A DNA stretch of 64,000 nt from Candidatus Omnitrophota bacterium (lineage in GTDB: Bacteria; Omnitrophota; Gorgyraeia; Gygaellales; UBA12090): NCBI GenBank assembly GCA_030674475.1, contig JAUSCZ010000012.1, forward strand, positions 319 to 64,318, written 5' to 3'. The notes beneath the pieces were generated by a model. That model saw nothing but the letters and a program-made list of their open reading frames with translations. It searched no databases and was not told the DNA's origin. Shown one piece after another: positions 37,627 through 47,143 of this stretch (position 1 is its first letter; the number at the start of each line of letters is the position of its first letter). A program made the position numbers and the translations under genes.

Positions 37627-37902
37627 TTGATGCATATTCATAGTTTTGACTGGGATGAGAAAAATGAAAACCATATAGCCGAACATGGAGTCGCGATCTT
37701 TGAGGTTGAGGAGGCAGTTCTATTTAGTAGGCCTTTCTATCAGAGAAGCAGGGAGGGTAAATATATTGCTTATTCTCTCACCGAGGAAGAGAGGTATCTC
37801 TTTATAGTTTTTGTGATCAAAGATAGTGGCCGGATAAGGGTGATTAGCGCCAGAGATATGAATGAGAAAGAGAAGCGTTATTATAAAAAGAAGAAGAGGT
37901 AA
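37627..37902 (+). CDS. brnT: BrnT-family ribonuclease toxin (DUF497)
   Basis: 'FDWDEKNENHIAEHGVAIFEVEEAV...RVISARDMNEKEKRYY' matches BrnT. Confidence 0.75.
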   Translation: MMHIHSFDWDEKNENHIAEHGVAIFEVEEAVLFSRPFYQRSREGKYIAYSLTEEERYLFIVFVIKDSGRIRVISARDMNEKEKRYYKKKKR

Positions 37903-37909
37903 AATAAAC

Positions 37910-38239
37910 ATGAAGAAACTGCCCAAATTCAAAACGGAAAAAGAAGAGGCCAGTTTTTGGGATACGCACAGCCCATTGGATTATCCAGGTGAGTTCAGTG
38001 AGGTAAAGAATCCGTTTGAATTCGCTCCCGGTCTTTTAAAAAAAGCCGCCCGAAGCCGCGAAGAAAGAAAACGCCAGCTTACCTTAAGGATGGGGCAGCG
38101 TCAAATTGATCTCGCCAAGGTTATTGCTAAATATAAAGGATTGGGCTATCAAACTCTAATGAGAATATGGGTTATTGAAGGAATCCGTCAAGAGATTAAG
38201 ACGCATCCAGAGATAGAAAAACTCCTTACCAAAATATAG
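37910..38239 (+). CDS. brnA: BrnA-family antitoxin
   Basis: 'KKLPKFKTEKEEASFWDTHSPLDY' matches the BrnA N-terminus. C-terminal RHH-like region. It overlaps brnT. Confidence 0.7.
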   Translation: MKKLPKFKTEKEEASFWDTHSPLDYPGEFSEVKNPFEFAPGLLKKAARSREERKRQLTLRMGQRQIDLAKVIAKYKGLGYQTLMRIWVIEGIRQEIKTHPEIEKLLTKI

Positions 38240-38337
38240 CTAAATAAAAAGCTGGAGAGAATGGGTTAAGCTCAAGCAATAGAAATTAACTTCTAAAGTT
38301 GAGGTCTGACCCCAGAAAGTGCAGCGGTACCATTTAG

Positions 38338-39150
38338 ATGAAAATTTGGCTTAATGGGAAATTTGTAAAAGAGGAAGAAGCGAAGGTTGACATTACCTCA
38401 AGCGGTTTTTTATACGGCCAGGGGGTTTTTGAGACGATGCGGGCTTATAATGAGCGGGTTTTTCGTTTGGACAGCCATCTGGAGCGCCTGTTTAAGGCCC
38501 TGCCTATTCTTAACCTGGAATTATCCGTAGGACCTGAGGTTTTGAAAAAGGCGCTTAAGCAGGCTTTAAAAGAAAATAATCTTAAAGACGCCTATTTACG
38601 GATAACGGTCTGGCAGGGGAAAGATAAGGTTGAGGCCGCGGTTTTTGCCCGGGCGTATAATTTTTTAACCAAAGAGGATTACCATAAAGGCTTTAAGGCG
38701 ATAGTTTCCAGTTTTCGCCAGAATGAATTTTCCATCTTTTCCGGAATTAAGTCCGCTAACTATTTGCCTTTACTCCTGGCTTATCAGGAGGCAAAAAAGA
38801 AAAATGCCGATGAGGCCATACTTTTAAATACCCGGGATTTTCTGGTTGAGGCCTCCCGGGCTAATCTCTTTTTAGTTAAAGATAATTGTTTATTGACCCC
38901 ATCGTTAGACTGCGGATGCCTTCCCGGAATTACCCGGGATACGGTTTTAGGCCTGGCGGCTAAGGAAAAGATAAAGGTAATTGAGACTAAGCTTAAACCG
39001 GAGGATGTCCAGAGAGCCGAGGAGGCCTTTTTGACTAATTCCTTGATTGAGGTGATGCCGCTGGTCGCGGTTGAAGGAAGGCCGATTAAAAAAGGAGTTC
39101 CCGGTAAGATTGCCGAGCGTATTTTAAAACGTTACAAGGGATTGACTTAA
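38338..39150 (+). CDS. pabC: Class IV aminotransferase-fold protein, probable aminodeoxychorismate lyase
   Basis: Fold-type IV PLP enzyme ('GQGVFETMRAY', 'EAFLTNSLIEVMPLV'). It is the only nearby partner for pabB. Confidence 0.6.
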   Translation: MKIWLNGKFVKEEEAKVDITSSGFLYGQGVFETMRAYNERVFRLDSHLERLFKALPILNLELSVGPEVLKKALKQALKENNLKDAYLRITVWQGKDKVEAAVFARAYNFLTKEDYHKGFKAIVSSFRQNEFSIFSGIKSANYLPLLLAYQEAKKKNADEAILLNTRDFLVEASRANLFLVKDNCLLTPSLDCGCLPGITRDTVLGLAAKEKIKVIETKLKPEDVQRAEEAFLTNSLIEVMPLVAVEGRPIKKGVPGKIAERILKRYKGLT

Positions 39151-39160
39151 GAAGTTATAA

Positions 39161-39370
39161 ATGATAAAACATATATTTAGAATAAGTTTTGGGGTGGTTT
39201 TGATACTCTTAGGCGTTGTTGGGATATTCCTGCCGATTATGCCCGGGCTGTTATTGATTCTTCTGGGTAGCGCGGTGATAGTAGAGAAAAACCCTAAGGT
39301 TTTATTCGGTGAAATCGCCGAAAAAGTAAAAAGAAAGATGAGGACTAAACAAAATGAAAAAGCCGGTTAA
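39161..39370 (+). CDS. DUF454/YbaN-like small inner-membrane protein
   Basis: 'LGVVGIFLPIMPGLLLILLGS' with two TM helices. Confidence 0.5.
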   Translation: MIKHIFRISFGVVLILLGVVGIFLPIMPGLLLILLGSAVIVEKNPKVLFGEIAEKVKRKMRTKQNEKAG

Positions 39371-41702
39371 GCTGTTTTTTATTGTTTTAATTTTTCTTTC
39401 CGGCTGTTCCGCGGATTTGGAGAACGCCAAATATTTGGTGGGAAAATCCCAGGCCGCGTATACCCGGGCGGTGGCAAGTTATCAAAGGCTCTTAACTAAA
39501 AATAAGAAAAACGATGCCTTGCGTCTGGAATTGGCCAGACTTTATTCTGGCCGCGGGGACTACGACAGCGCCATAGCTACCCTTAAAGACTCTGAAAGCC
39601 CAAAATCCAAAATGTTTTTGGCTATTGCTCTGTATAAATCCGGGGACTATACCCAGGCCTTAGGCATTTTCGAGAAATTGGGCAAGATTCAGGACGGCGA
39701 GTATTTGTATTATTACGCCCTGACCTGCAAAAAACACAATCTCTACGAGCAGGCCTTAGAGAGCTTGACCCGGATAAAAGATAAAGAATACGCCCCCAAA
39801 GCCCAAGAGCTGATTAAGTCCATCCAGGGCTCAACCCAGGAATATTTGCAAAATACCGCCCCCGAGTTTAAAGAGGCGATGCTTAACGCTACCCAGGAGA
39901 AATATCCTCTGGCCGGAGCGGTAATAATTTTGGCGGACGAGGATATCCGGCTTTTAAAAGATGATACCGTGGTTTCGGAGTCGCGTTTTATTATTAAGAT
40001 ACTAAACGAGCGGGGAAAAAATGATTTCTCCGAGATAGTTATCGGTTACGATTCTACTTATGAAAAGGTGGAAATTGAATATGCCCGGACTATTCTGCCG
40101 GACGGCCAGGTGATTACGGTGGGGGAAAAAGATACGCGGGACGTTTCTCTATATCTGAATTTTCCGCTCTATTCCAATGCCCGGGCCAGGATAATTTCTA
40201 TGCCGGGGATTGTCGAGGGCTCAATTGTGGAATATAAGATAAGACATCTGGAGAACCTGGGTTTGAGCAAAAAAGGCTTTAATTTAGCTTATAGCCTGAA
40301 GGAAGGCCAGCCAATAGCTTACGCCAACTTTAAATTAACTGTCCCCAAGAATAAAAATCTAAAAACCAAGATATTAAATCCTGAATACAATACAGAGAAA
40401 TTTGATTTATCTCCCCTGATTACTCAAGCCCGGGATGAAAAAACTTATACCTGGGCTTTTAGAAATATTTCCCAGATAGAAGTAGAACCGAATATGCCGC
40501 CGGAGGCCGAAATAAATCCGATAATTCTTGTTTCAACTTATCAATCCTGGGATGAGATTTATAAATGGTGGCAGGAATTAGCCAAAGACCGGATGTTCGC
40601 GGATAAGGCTATCAGTGAAAAGGTTACCCAGCTTATCCAGGGTAAAAACAATAAAGAGGAAATTATCCGGGCTATCTATAACTACTGCGCCCAAGACATC
40701 CGTTATGTGGGCATAGAATACGGCCAGGCCGGATACCAGCCGCATTATGCCGGGGAGATATTCAAAAACAAATACGGCGACTGCAAGGATAAGGCCATAC
40801 TTTTTATTGCTATGCTCAAATCCGCCGGATTGAGCGCTTATCCGGTTTTAATCGGCACCCGGGGCAATCCAGCACTACAGGAGGATGTTCCCGCGGATAT
40901 CTTTAATCATTGTATTGCCGCGGTAGAGTTAGACGGCAGATTGATTTTCTTAGACATAACTGCTGAGGTTTGTTCTTTTGGAGATCTGCCGGCAGGGGAT
41001 CAACAAAGGCGGACTTTGGTCTTTCGGGAGGATAGATATGAAATAGTCGAAACTCCTTTATTAAATACTCAGCAGAATAGAATTAAATATATTACCCGGA
41101 TGAATATTGCCAAAGATGAGTCTGTTTCTGCCCAAAGGCAGGTTGACGGCCGGGGGGAGTTTGACCAGGCCCAGCGCTATTGGCTTAGATATACCCAGCC
41201 GGATTTGATTGAGCAGGGTTTAAAAGAAAGGGTTCAGTCTATGGTGGTTTCCGGGGATTTAATTAAGTATAATTATGAAAACGCCGATGACTTGAACACT
41301 CCCATCAGGCTGACCTATGAATTCCAGGGAAAGAATTTTCTCTGGCGCTCTGGACGGGCCAGGATAATTCCGCCTCTGGCCGCGATGGATGCCTCTATAG
41401 CGGCTAAAGGCGCGCGGGCGTATCCTTTGGAATTGGGCCAGCCGCACAGTAAGGAATCTGTTTTTGAGATTAAGTTAGAGAAGAATTTTATTCTCAAGTA
41501 TCTTCCGGAAAAAGTGGATGCTCAGAGTCCCTGGTTAGATTATTTAGTCAATTATGAGTTTAAGGGTCAGGTTTTAAAAGTCTCTCAAAAGGAAACCTTA
41601 AAATTAAGGGAGGTCAGCCGGCAAGAGTATCCGGAGTTTAAAAGGTTTTTAGAGGATTTGGCCGGTAAATTAAAAGAGTATATAATTTTAGAGAAAAAAT
41701 AA
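39354..41702 (+). CDS. Lipoprotein with N-terminal TPR repeats and a DUF3857/transglutaminase-like cysteine protease core
   Basis: Lipobox 'FLSGCSA'. Transglutaminase motif 'KYGDCKDKAILFIAMLKSAG'. Confidence 0.65.
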   Translation: MKKPVKLFFIVLIFLSGCSADLENAKYLVGKSQAAYTRAVASYQRLLTKNKKNDALRLELARLYSGRGDYDSAIATLKDSESPKSKMFLAIALYKSGDYTQALGIFEKLGKIQDGEYLYYYALTCKKHNLYEQALESLTRIKDKEYAPKAQELIKSIQGSTQEYLQNTAPEFKEAMLNATQEKYPLAGAVIILADEDIRLLKDDTVVSESRFIIKILNERGKNDFSEIVIGYDSTYEKVEIEYARTILPDGQVITVGEKDTRDVSLYLNFPLYSNARARIISMPGIVEGSIVEYKIRHLENLGLSKKGFNLAYSLKEGQPIAYANFKLTVPKNKNLKTKILNPEYNTEKFDLSPLITQARDEKTYTWAFRNISQIEVEPNMPPEAEINPIILVSTYQSWDEIYKWWQELAKDRMFADKAISEKVTQLIQGKNNKEEIIRAIYNYCAQDIRYVGIEYGQAGYQPHYAGEIFKNKYGDCKDKAILFIAMLKSAGLSAYPVLIGTRGNPALQEDVPADIFNHCIAAVELDGRLIFLDITAEVCSFGDLPAGDQQRRTLVFREDRYEIVETPLLNTQQNRIKYITRMNIAKDESVSAQRQVDGRGEFDQAQRYWLRYTQPDLIEQGLKERVQSMVVSGDLIKYNYENADDLNTPIRLTYEFQGKNFLWRSGRARIIPPLAAMDASIAAKGARAYPLELGQPHSKESVFEIKLEKNFILKYLPEKVDAQSPWLDYLVNYEFKGQVLKVSQKETLKLREVSRQEYPEFKRFLEDLAGKLKEYIILEKK

Positions 41703-42100
41703 TGCCCAGAAAAAAAGAAGACAAGGAAAAAAAGGATTTGGATTTTGAGATTGATTTTTTTGAGCAACTGCTTAAGAAGAAGCCGGATTTTATCCTGGCC
41801 TTAACCGCCTTGGGAAATGCCTATACCCAGCGGGGAGATTATAAGAAAGGCTTGGAAATTGACCTGCATTTGAGCCGCTTGCGTCAGGATGATTCCACGG
41901 TGCATTATAATCTGGCCTGTAGTTATTCCCTCCTGGGCGAGCTGGATTTGGCCTTTTCTACCCTAAAAAAGGCCTTTGACTTAGGTTATGAGGATTTTGA
42001 ACATCTTAAGTATGACCCGGACTTAGAGAACTTAAGAAAAGATGAGCGTTTTCAACTTATCTTAAAAAATAGGCCAGCCCCTTATGCGGACAAGCCCTGA
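41702..42100 (+). CDS. TPR-repeat protein
   Basis: 'ALTALGNAYTQRGDYKKGLE...YNLACSYSLLGELDLAF'. Confidence 0.5.
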   Translation: MPRKKEDKEKKDLDFEIDFFEQLLKKKPDFILALTALGNAYTQRGDYKKGLEIDLHLSRLRQDDSTVHYNLACSYSLLGELDLAFSTLKKAFDLGYEDFEHLKYDPDLENLRKDERFQLILKNRPAPYADKP

Positions 42101-43193
42101 AGCAAAAAATTATCACCGGATAAAAAATAGCTTATTCGTAATTAACCTGTTATTTTCTTTGGCAGTGCTTCTGGCAGTTATTTTCAGCGGTTTTTCAATC
42201 CGGCTTAAAGTGGTTGTTGAGAACTACGCCCACAATCTTCTTTTTTTAAACGGCTTATACATAGCCGCGTTTTCGGTATTTCTCTATGTGTTAGGCCTCC
42301 CCCTGGAACTCTATGAAGGCTACTTCTTAGAGCACCGCTTTAAGCTTTCCAATCAAAGTTTAGTTGGATATCTTAAAGATAACCTGAAGAAATCCCTCCT
42401 CTCATTAGTTATTGCCCTGATTGCTGTCGAGGTTCTCTATTTATTTTTGGGAAGGTTTGCTCAAATCTGGTGGATTTTGGCGGCGCTGGCCTGGTTTTTC
42501 CTGACCATAATTCTGGCCAAGATAACCCCGAATATTTTTGTCCCGCTTTTTTATAAATACCTGCCCTTGAAAGATATTGAGTTGAGAAATAAGATTATGG
42601 AGATGTTTAAGAATTCCGGCACCAAACTTAAAGATGTGTATATGATTGATTTTTCCTCCAAGACCAAGAAATTAAACGCCGCCGTGGCCGGATTTGGGAA
42701 TAACCGCCGGGTGATTTTGACCGATAACCTCTTAAACGAATTATCCCATGATGAAATATTGGCTATTGTTGCCCATGAACTCGGCCACTATAAAAATAAA
42801 GATACTATTAAGATAATCGCCTTTAGCTCAGCGGTTACCCTGGCCCTTTTTTTCTTAAGCGACCTAGCCTTAAGAAAAAGCTTTTCCCTCTTTGGCTACT
42901 CTTCAATAGCGGATATAGCCGGTTTTCCTTTATTCGCCCTGGTTATGCTTATCCTGGGCCTTTTCAGCCTGCCTCTACAGAATGGTTTTATCCGCTTTTT
43001 GGAGACCCGGGCCGACCTTTATAGCCTTAAGTCAAGTAAGGCGGATGTTTTTATTTCTATGATGGAGAAATTAGCCGCTAAGAATCTGGCGGAGTTGAAT
43101 CCTTCTAAATTTATTGAGCTTATGCTTTATGACCATCCGCCGGTAGGTAAACGGATTGAATTTGCCCAGAGCTTTAAAAAAAATGAAAACTAA
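42084..43193 (+). CDS. M48-family (Ste24/HtpX-like) zinc metallopeptidase
   Basis: Multiple TM segments followed by 'HELGHYKNKD' (HExxH). Confidence 0.7.
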   Translation: MRTSPEAKNYHRIKNSLFVINLLFSLAVLLAVIFSGFSIRLKVVVENYAHNLLFLNGLYIAAFSVFLYVLGLPLELYEGYFLEHRFKLSNQSLVGYLKDNLKKSLLSLVIALIAVEVLYLFLGRFAQIWWILAALAWFFLTIILAKITPNIFVPLFYKYLPLKDIELRNKIMEMFKNSGTKLKDVYMIDFSSKTKKLNAAVAGFGNNRRVILTDNLLNELSHDEILAIVAHELGHYKNKDTIKIIAFSSAVTLALFFLSDLALRKSFSLFGYSSIADIAGFPLFALVMLILGLFSLPLQNGFIRFLETRADLYSLKSSKADVFISMMEKLAAKNLAELNPSKFIELMLYDHPPVGKRIEFAQSFKKNEN

Positions 43194-45141
43194 ATCCGCG
43201 GAAAAAAGAGGATACCTGCGTCTTAATTCGGTGTTTCCGGTAAAATACCAGCTGATCAAAGCCCCCCACAGCGAGAGCGTATGGCATCAGGGTTTTACCG
43301 GCAATGTCAGCGATGGCGGGATATGCCTGGAATTCTCCGATGTGGATAAAGAGATCTTGGTTCTTTTGAACAGTCCTCAAGAGGTCCGGCTGAATTTAAG
43401 AATCAACATCCCGGCCTTTGGCCATCCGGTTTCCGCCAGCGCTAAGGTAAGCTGGTTTAAAAAAGAGCAGGATAGGTTTGGCCACTACGCGGTGGGCCTC
43501 AGATACGACCATATAGCTGAGAAAGACCGTCGAAAGATTATGCGCTTTGCTTACGGCAAGGTAATTTTGCCGCGGCTGGCCTTAGGGGCTATTATTATCT
43601 TGTCTTTGGCCGCCGGGATCACCCTGTATAATAATTTTCGCCTTTCTTCGGATAATAAAAAATTAGTTAAGGATATGGTAAATATCGTCGAGGATTCCCG
43701 CGTAAACAAGGACGAGCTGGAAAACATTCAGCAAGAAAAGGCCCAATTAGACGCGAAACTCCGGGAGTCTGAATCTAAGATTAAGGCCTTTGACGCCCAG
43801 CTGAAAAATAAAGAAGAGGAATTTAAGATGATAGAAGAGGATAACACTGAGATGCTCAGCGAAAAGGAATCCGAAATCCAGAAATTGAAATTAAGGATTA
43901 TTGAACAGGCCAGAGAAAAGACCGGAATTTTGGAAAAGATAGGAGATTTAGGCAAAAGGGAAGAGACGGTGAGTATTAAGTTGAACGAAATCAGGGATAA
44001 AAAAAGTATCCTGGAGAAGGCCAGTTTTGAGCAGATGTATCAATGGATTAAACTTCATCAAAATCCGCGCACCGGTTTAATTATCAGCTTTGAGGGCGAC
44101 GGCGGGCTAAGCGATCAGGCCTTTACTTATGACCAGGCGCTTTCGGTGATTGTGTTTAGTTATTTTAAGGACTATGAACCGGCTAAGAAAATCCTGGATT
44201 TTTATGTAAGCCGGCCGGAGCAAAAAAGCGGTTTTTACAACGGTTATTATGTCTCAACCGGCGAAGCCTCCGAATTTACCGTGCATAGCGGGCCGAACCT
44301 TTGGCTGGGGATAGCGGTTTTGCAGTATACCAGGCTTTCCCAGGACAGTAGTTATCTTTCTATCGCCAGAAATATTGCCAGGTGGATTACCAAGATGCAG
44401 AATGAGGATTCAGGAAAAGGCCTGCGCGGCGGCCCAAACACCCTGTGGTATTCTACCGAACACAACCTGGACGGATTCGCCTTTTTCAATATGCTTTATA
44501 AAATCACCCAGGATAATTCCTATCACGATGCCGGGTTAAATATCTTATCCTGGCTTAAGACTAATGCCTACGATAACCTGGATATTCCGATTAAGCGGGG
44601 AAAAGGCGATGCCACTATTGCCACCGATACCTATGCCTGGTCAATTGCCAGCTTAGGCCCCCAAAGGCTGATTGACCTGGGGATGGACCCGGAGGCGATA
44701 ATGCAATTTGCCCAGGATAATTGCGGTGTCGAGGTAGAGTTTCAGCGTCCGGATAACGGTAGTGTTTTGGTCAAAGGCTTTGATTTTGCCCGGGCCCGGC
44801 ATATTGCCCGAGGCGGGGTAATATCTACGGAATGGACTGCCCAGATGGCGCTTTCCTACAAGCTTTTAAGCCGCTATTTTGCCTTAAAAGAAGATATCGA
44901 AAAAGAATTGATTTATAAAAACAAAGCCGAGGAATATCTGGAGGAATTAAGCAAGATGATTATTTCTAGTCCCTCCCGCACCGGCCAGGGCCAGGGCTGT
45001 CTGCCTTATGCCTCCAGCGACTCGGTAGATACCGGACACGGCTGGACTACCCCCAAGGGTAAAAACACCGGTTCACTTTCAGCTACGATTTACGCCATCC
45101 TGGCCTACTACGGCTTTAACCCCTTAGAATTATCTAAGTAG
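43156..45141 (+). CDS. PilZ-domain membrane protein with a coiled-coil segment and a large C-terminal domain of unknown function
   Basis: N-terminal PilZ motifs 'EKRGYLRL' (RxxxR) and 'GNVSDGGICLEF' (DxSxGG). TM helix 'LALGAIIILSLAAGITLY'. Coiled-coil (EKAQLDAKLRESESKIK...). Confidence 0.6.
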   Translation: MNLPRALKKMKTKSAEKRGYLRLNSVFPVKYQLIKAPHSESVWHQGFTGNVSDGGICLEFSDVDKEILVLLNSPQEVRLNLRINIPAFGHPVSASAKVSWFKKEQDRFGHYAVGLRYDHIAEKDRRKIMRFAYGKVILPRLALGAIIILSLAAGITLYNNFRLSSDNKKLVKDMVNIVEDSRVNKDELENIQQEKAQLDAKLRESESKIKAFDAQLKNKEEEFKMIEEDNTEMLSEKESEIQKLKLRIIEQAREKTGILEKIGDLGKREETVSIKLNEIRDKKSILEKASFEQMYQWIKLHQNPRTGLIISFEGDGGLSDQAFTYDQALSVIVFSYFKDYEPAKKILDFYVSRPEQKSGFYNGYYVSTGEASEFTVHSGPNLWLGIAVLQYTRLSQDSSYLSIARNIARWITKMQNEDSGKGLRGGPNTLWYSTEHNLDGFAFFNMLYKITQDNSYHDAGLNILSWLKTNAYDNLDIPIKRGKGDATIATDTYAWSIASLGPQRLIDLGMDPEAIMQFAQDNCGVEVEFQRPDNGSVLVKGFDFARARHIARGGVISTEWTAQMALSYKLLSRYFALKEDIEKELIYKNKAEEYLEELSKMIISSPSRTGQGQGCLPYASSDSVDTGHGWTTPKGKNTGSLSATIYAILAYYGFNPLELSK

Positions 45142-45145
45142 GAAG

Positions 45146-45787
45146 ATGAGTTCAAAAGTTTACCAACTGGAAGCTATCTATGATAAACTCTACCGCCATT
45201 TTGGCCCCCAGTCCTGGTGGCCGGGAGAGACTCCTTTTGAGGTTATCGTAGGGGCTATTCTCACCCAGAGCACCAATTGGCAGAATGTTTCCAAGGCGAT
45301 AGATAATCTAAAAAAGTCCAAGGTGTTGACTCCTAAGAAACTTCATGCCTTGCCCCAACCGCGCCTGGCTGAACTTATCCGGCCTTCGGGTTATTTTAAC
45401 GTTAAGGCCAAACGGTTGAAGGAATTCCTGAATTTCTTATTTAAGAATTACGGTGGAAGCCTGAAAAAAATGTTCAGCCGCCCCTTAGAAGACCTAAGAA
45501 AGGAAATCTTAGCTGTCCGCGGAATCGGCCCGGAAACCGCCGACTCCATCCTGCTTTATGCCGGAGGCCTTCCGGTATTTGTGGTGGATGCCTATACCAA
45601 GAGGATTTTTTCCCGTCAGAAGCTTTTAAGCGAGGACGCGGAGTATTATCAAGTCCAGGAATTATTTACCCGAAGCCTTAAAAAAGATGTCCAATTATAC
45701 AACGAATACCACGCCCTGATCGTGCGCCTGGGAAAAGACTTTTGCAAGAAAACCAACCCCAAATGCGAAATCTGCCCGATAAAATAA
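45146..45787 (+). CDS. Endonuclease III-like HhH-GPD DNA glycosylase family protein
   Basis: HhH-GPD region 'VGAILTQSTNWQNV...RGIGPETADSILLY'. C-terminal Cys cluster 'CKKTNPKCEICP' (three Cys only). Confidence 0.6.
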   Translation: MSSKVYQLEAIYDKLYRHFGPQSWWPGETPFEVIVGAILTQSTNWQNVSKAIDNLKKSKVLTPKKLHALPQPRLAELIRPSGYFNVKAKRLKEFLNFLFKNYGGSLKKMFSRPLEDLRKEILAVRGIGPETADSILLYAGGLPVFVVDAYTKRIFSRQKLLSEDAEYYQVQELFTRSLKKDVQLYNEYHALIVRLGKDFCKKTNPKCEICPIK

Positions 45788-45860
45788 AAGCAAAAGGCTT
45801 GACAATCTCCGAATTCTCTAGTAAGATTATGGAGTTACTTATTCCAAAAAAGGACTTATT

Positions 45861-47054
45861 GTGGAAACAATAATACCAAGATTATTTACGCCGCCTAAAC
45901 AAAGTTTTTTTCTTTTCGGGCCCCGCGGAACGGGGAAATCAACATGGCTCAAAGCACATATGCCGGATGCCATCTGGATTGATTTATTGGAAGCTGACCA
46001 GTTTCGCTCATACAGCGCCAGGCCGGAACGGCTTAAAGAGCTTGTGCTTGCTGAAACCGGGAAGAAAATCGTAGTCATTGATGAAATTCAAAAAGTTCCC
46101 GATTTATTAAGCGTAGTGCATTCTCTTATTGAAAAAAAACTTGGGTTTAGGTTTATCCTTACAGGTTCAAGCCCGCGAAAATTGAAGAAAACGGGAGCGG
46201 ATTTGCTCGCGGGAAGAGTGATTAAGCAGGCGTTTCATCCTTTTATGGCGGTTGAGCTTGGCAGGAAATTTAATCTTAATTCAGCGTTAAAACAAGGGCT
46301 TCTGCCGCTGGTGTTTTCTGCTGCCGCTCCTGAGGCGGTATTAAGGACTTACGCTTCGTTATATGTCAGAGAAGAAGTTCAAGCGGAAGGGCTGACGCGT
46401 AACATCGGCAATTTTTCAAGATTTCTTGAAGCGGTCAGTTTTTCTCACGGTTCATTGCTTAATACGAGTAATGTTGCCAGAGATTGTGAAGTTGAAAGGA
46501 AAACAGTAGAAACATATATAACAATTCTTGAGGATTTTCTTTTGGCTTATCGTATACCTGTTTTTTCAAAGAAAGCTAAAAGGGCAACGATAACTCATCC
46601 TAAGTTCTACTATTTTGACGCGGGGGTTTACCGCTCGCTTAGGCCTTGCGGGCCTTTGGATAGGCCTGAGGAAATAGAAGGAGCGGCGCTTGAAGGGCTG
46701 GTTGCCCAGCATTTGACGGCCTGGAGTTCTTATCGAGGCGAAAAAAATAAAGTTTATTTTTGGAGGACCGCGGCCGGGTCCGAAGTGGATTTTGTGGTAT
46801 ATGGAGAAGAGGTGTTTTGGGCTATAGAAGTTAAAAATACTTCAAAGATAAGGCCGGAAGATCTTCGCTCCCTAAGAAGTTTTAAATCCGAGTATCCGCA
46901 AAGCAGCGCGTTTTTATTGTATCGCGGTAAAGAACGCTTGAAAAAAGACAATGTGCTCTGTATCCCTTGCGATGAATTCCTGTTAAACTTGAACCCTGAA
47001 AAAATACAAATAAACTACGGGCCGGACCCGGACGGGAAAGTGAGGTCAGAATGA
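45861..47054 (+). CDS. AAA-family ATPase (COG1373, DUF4143)
   Basis: Walker A 'GPRGTGKST'; 'IDEIQKVPDL'; the C-terminal DUF4143 region parallels the 1..953 gene. Confidence 0.65.
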   Translation: METIIPRLFTPPKQSFFLFGPRGTGKSTWLKAHMPDAIWIDLLEADQFRSYSARPERLKELVLAETGKKIVVIDEIQKVPDLLSVVHSLIEKKLGFRFILTGSSPRKLKKTGADLLAGRVIKQAFHPFMAVELGRKFNLNSALKQGLLPLVFSAAAPEAVLRTYASLYVREEVQAEGLTRNIGNFSRFLEAVSFSHGSLLNTSNVARDCEVERKTVETYITILEDFLLAYRIPVFSKKAKRATITHPKFYYFDAGVYRSLRPCGPLDRPEEIEGAALEGLVAQHLTAWSSYRGEKNKVYFWRTAAGSEVDFVVYGEEVFWAIEVKNTSKIRPEDLRSLRSFKSEYPQSSAFLLYRGKERLKKDNVLCIPCDEFLLNLNPEKIQINYGPDPDGKVRSE

Positions 47055-47117
47055 ATTTAGGATGACAGAATTATAAGGGGAATAGAGAGAATGCTTAAAA
47101 AATAGACCTGACCCTGT
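47042..47117. mobile_element. MITE, GGGGTCAG-family, copy D (5' end degenerate), overlapping the ATPase stop codon
   Basis: 'GAGGTCAGAATGAATTTAGGATGACAGAATTATAAGGGGAATAGAGAGAATGCTTAAAAAATAGACCTGACCC', followed by a duplicated CTGACCCTGTAAAC. Confidence 0.6.
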
Positions 47118-47143
47118 AAACTGACCCTGTAAACCCCGTTTCT

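Larger units (their letters stand above)
37480..38310 (+). mobile_element. ~830-bp TIR-bounded non-autonomous element (GGGGTCAGACC...GGTCTGACCCC) carrying brnT-brnA as cargo
   Basis: Left end E2 (37480..37548) has a promoter TTGGTA-18-TATAAT. The right end at 38298..38310 is the reverse complement of the left 11 nt. The same 8-nt termini occur on the 74-nt MITEs. Confidence 0.55.

Noticed and set aside
27303-38337. Calling the island an integrated prophage or ICE
   Set aside because: No integrase, recombinase, capsid, terminase or conjugation gene is present. Only TA/Abi modules, an IS21 remnant and MITE-type repeats occur. It is better described as a defence/TA accessory island built by small non-autonomous elements.
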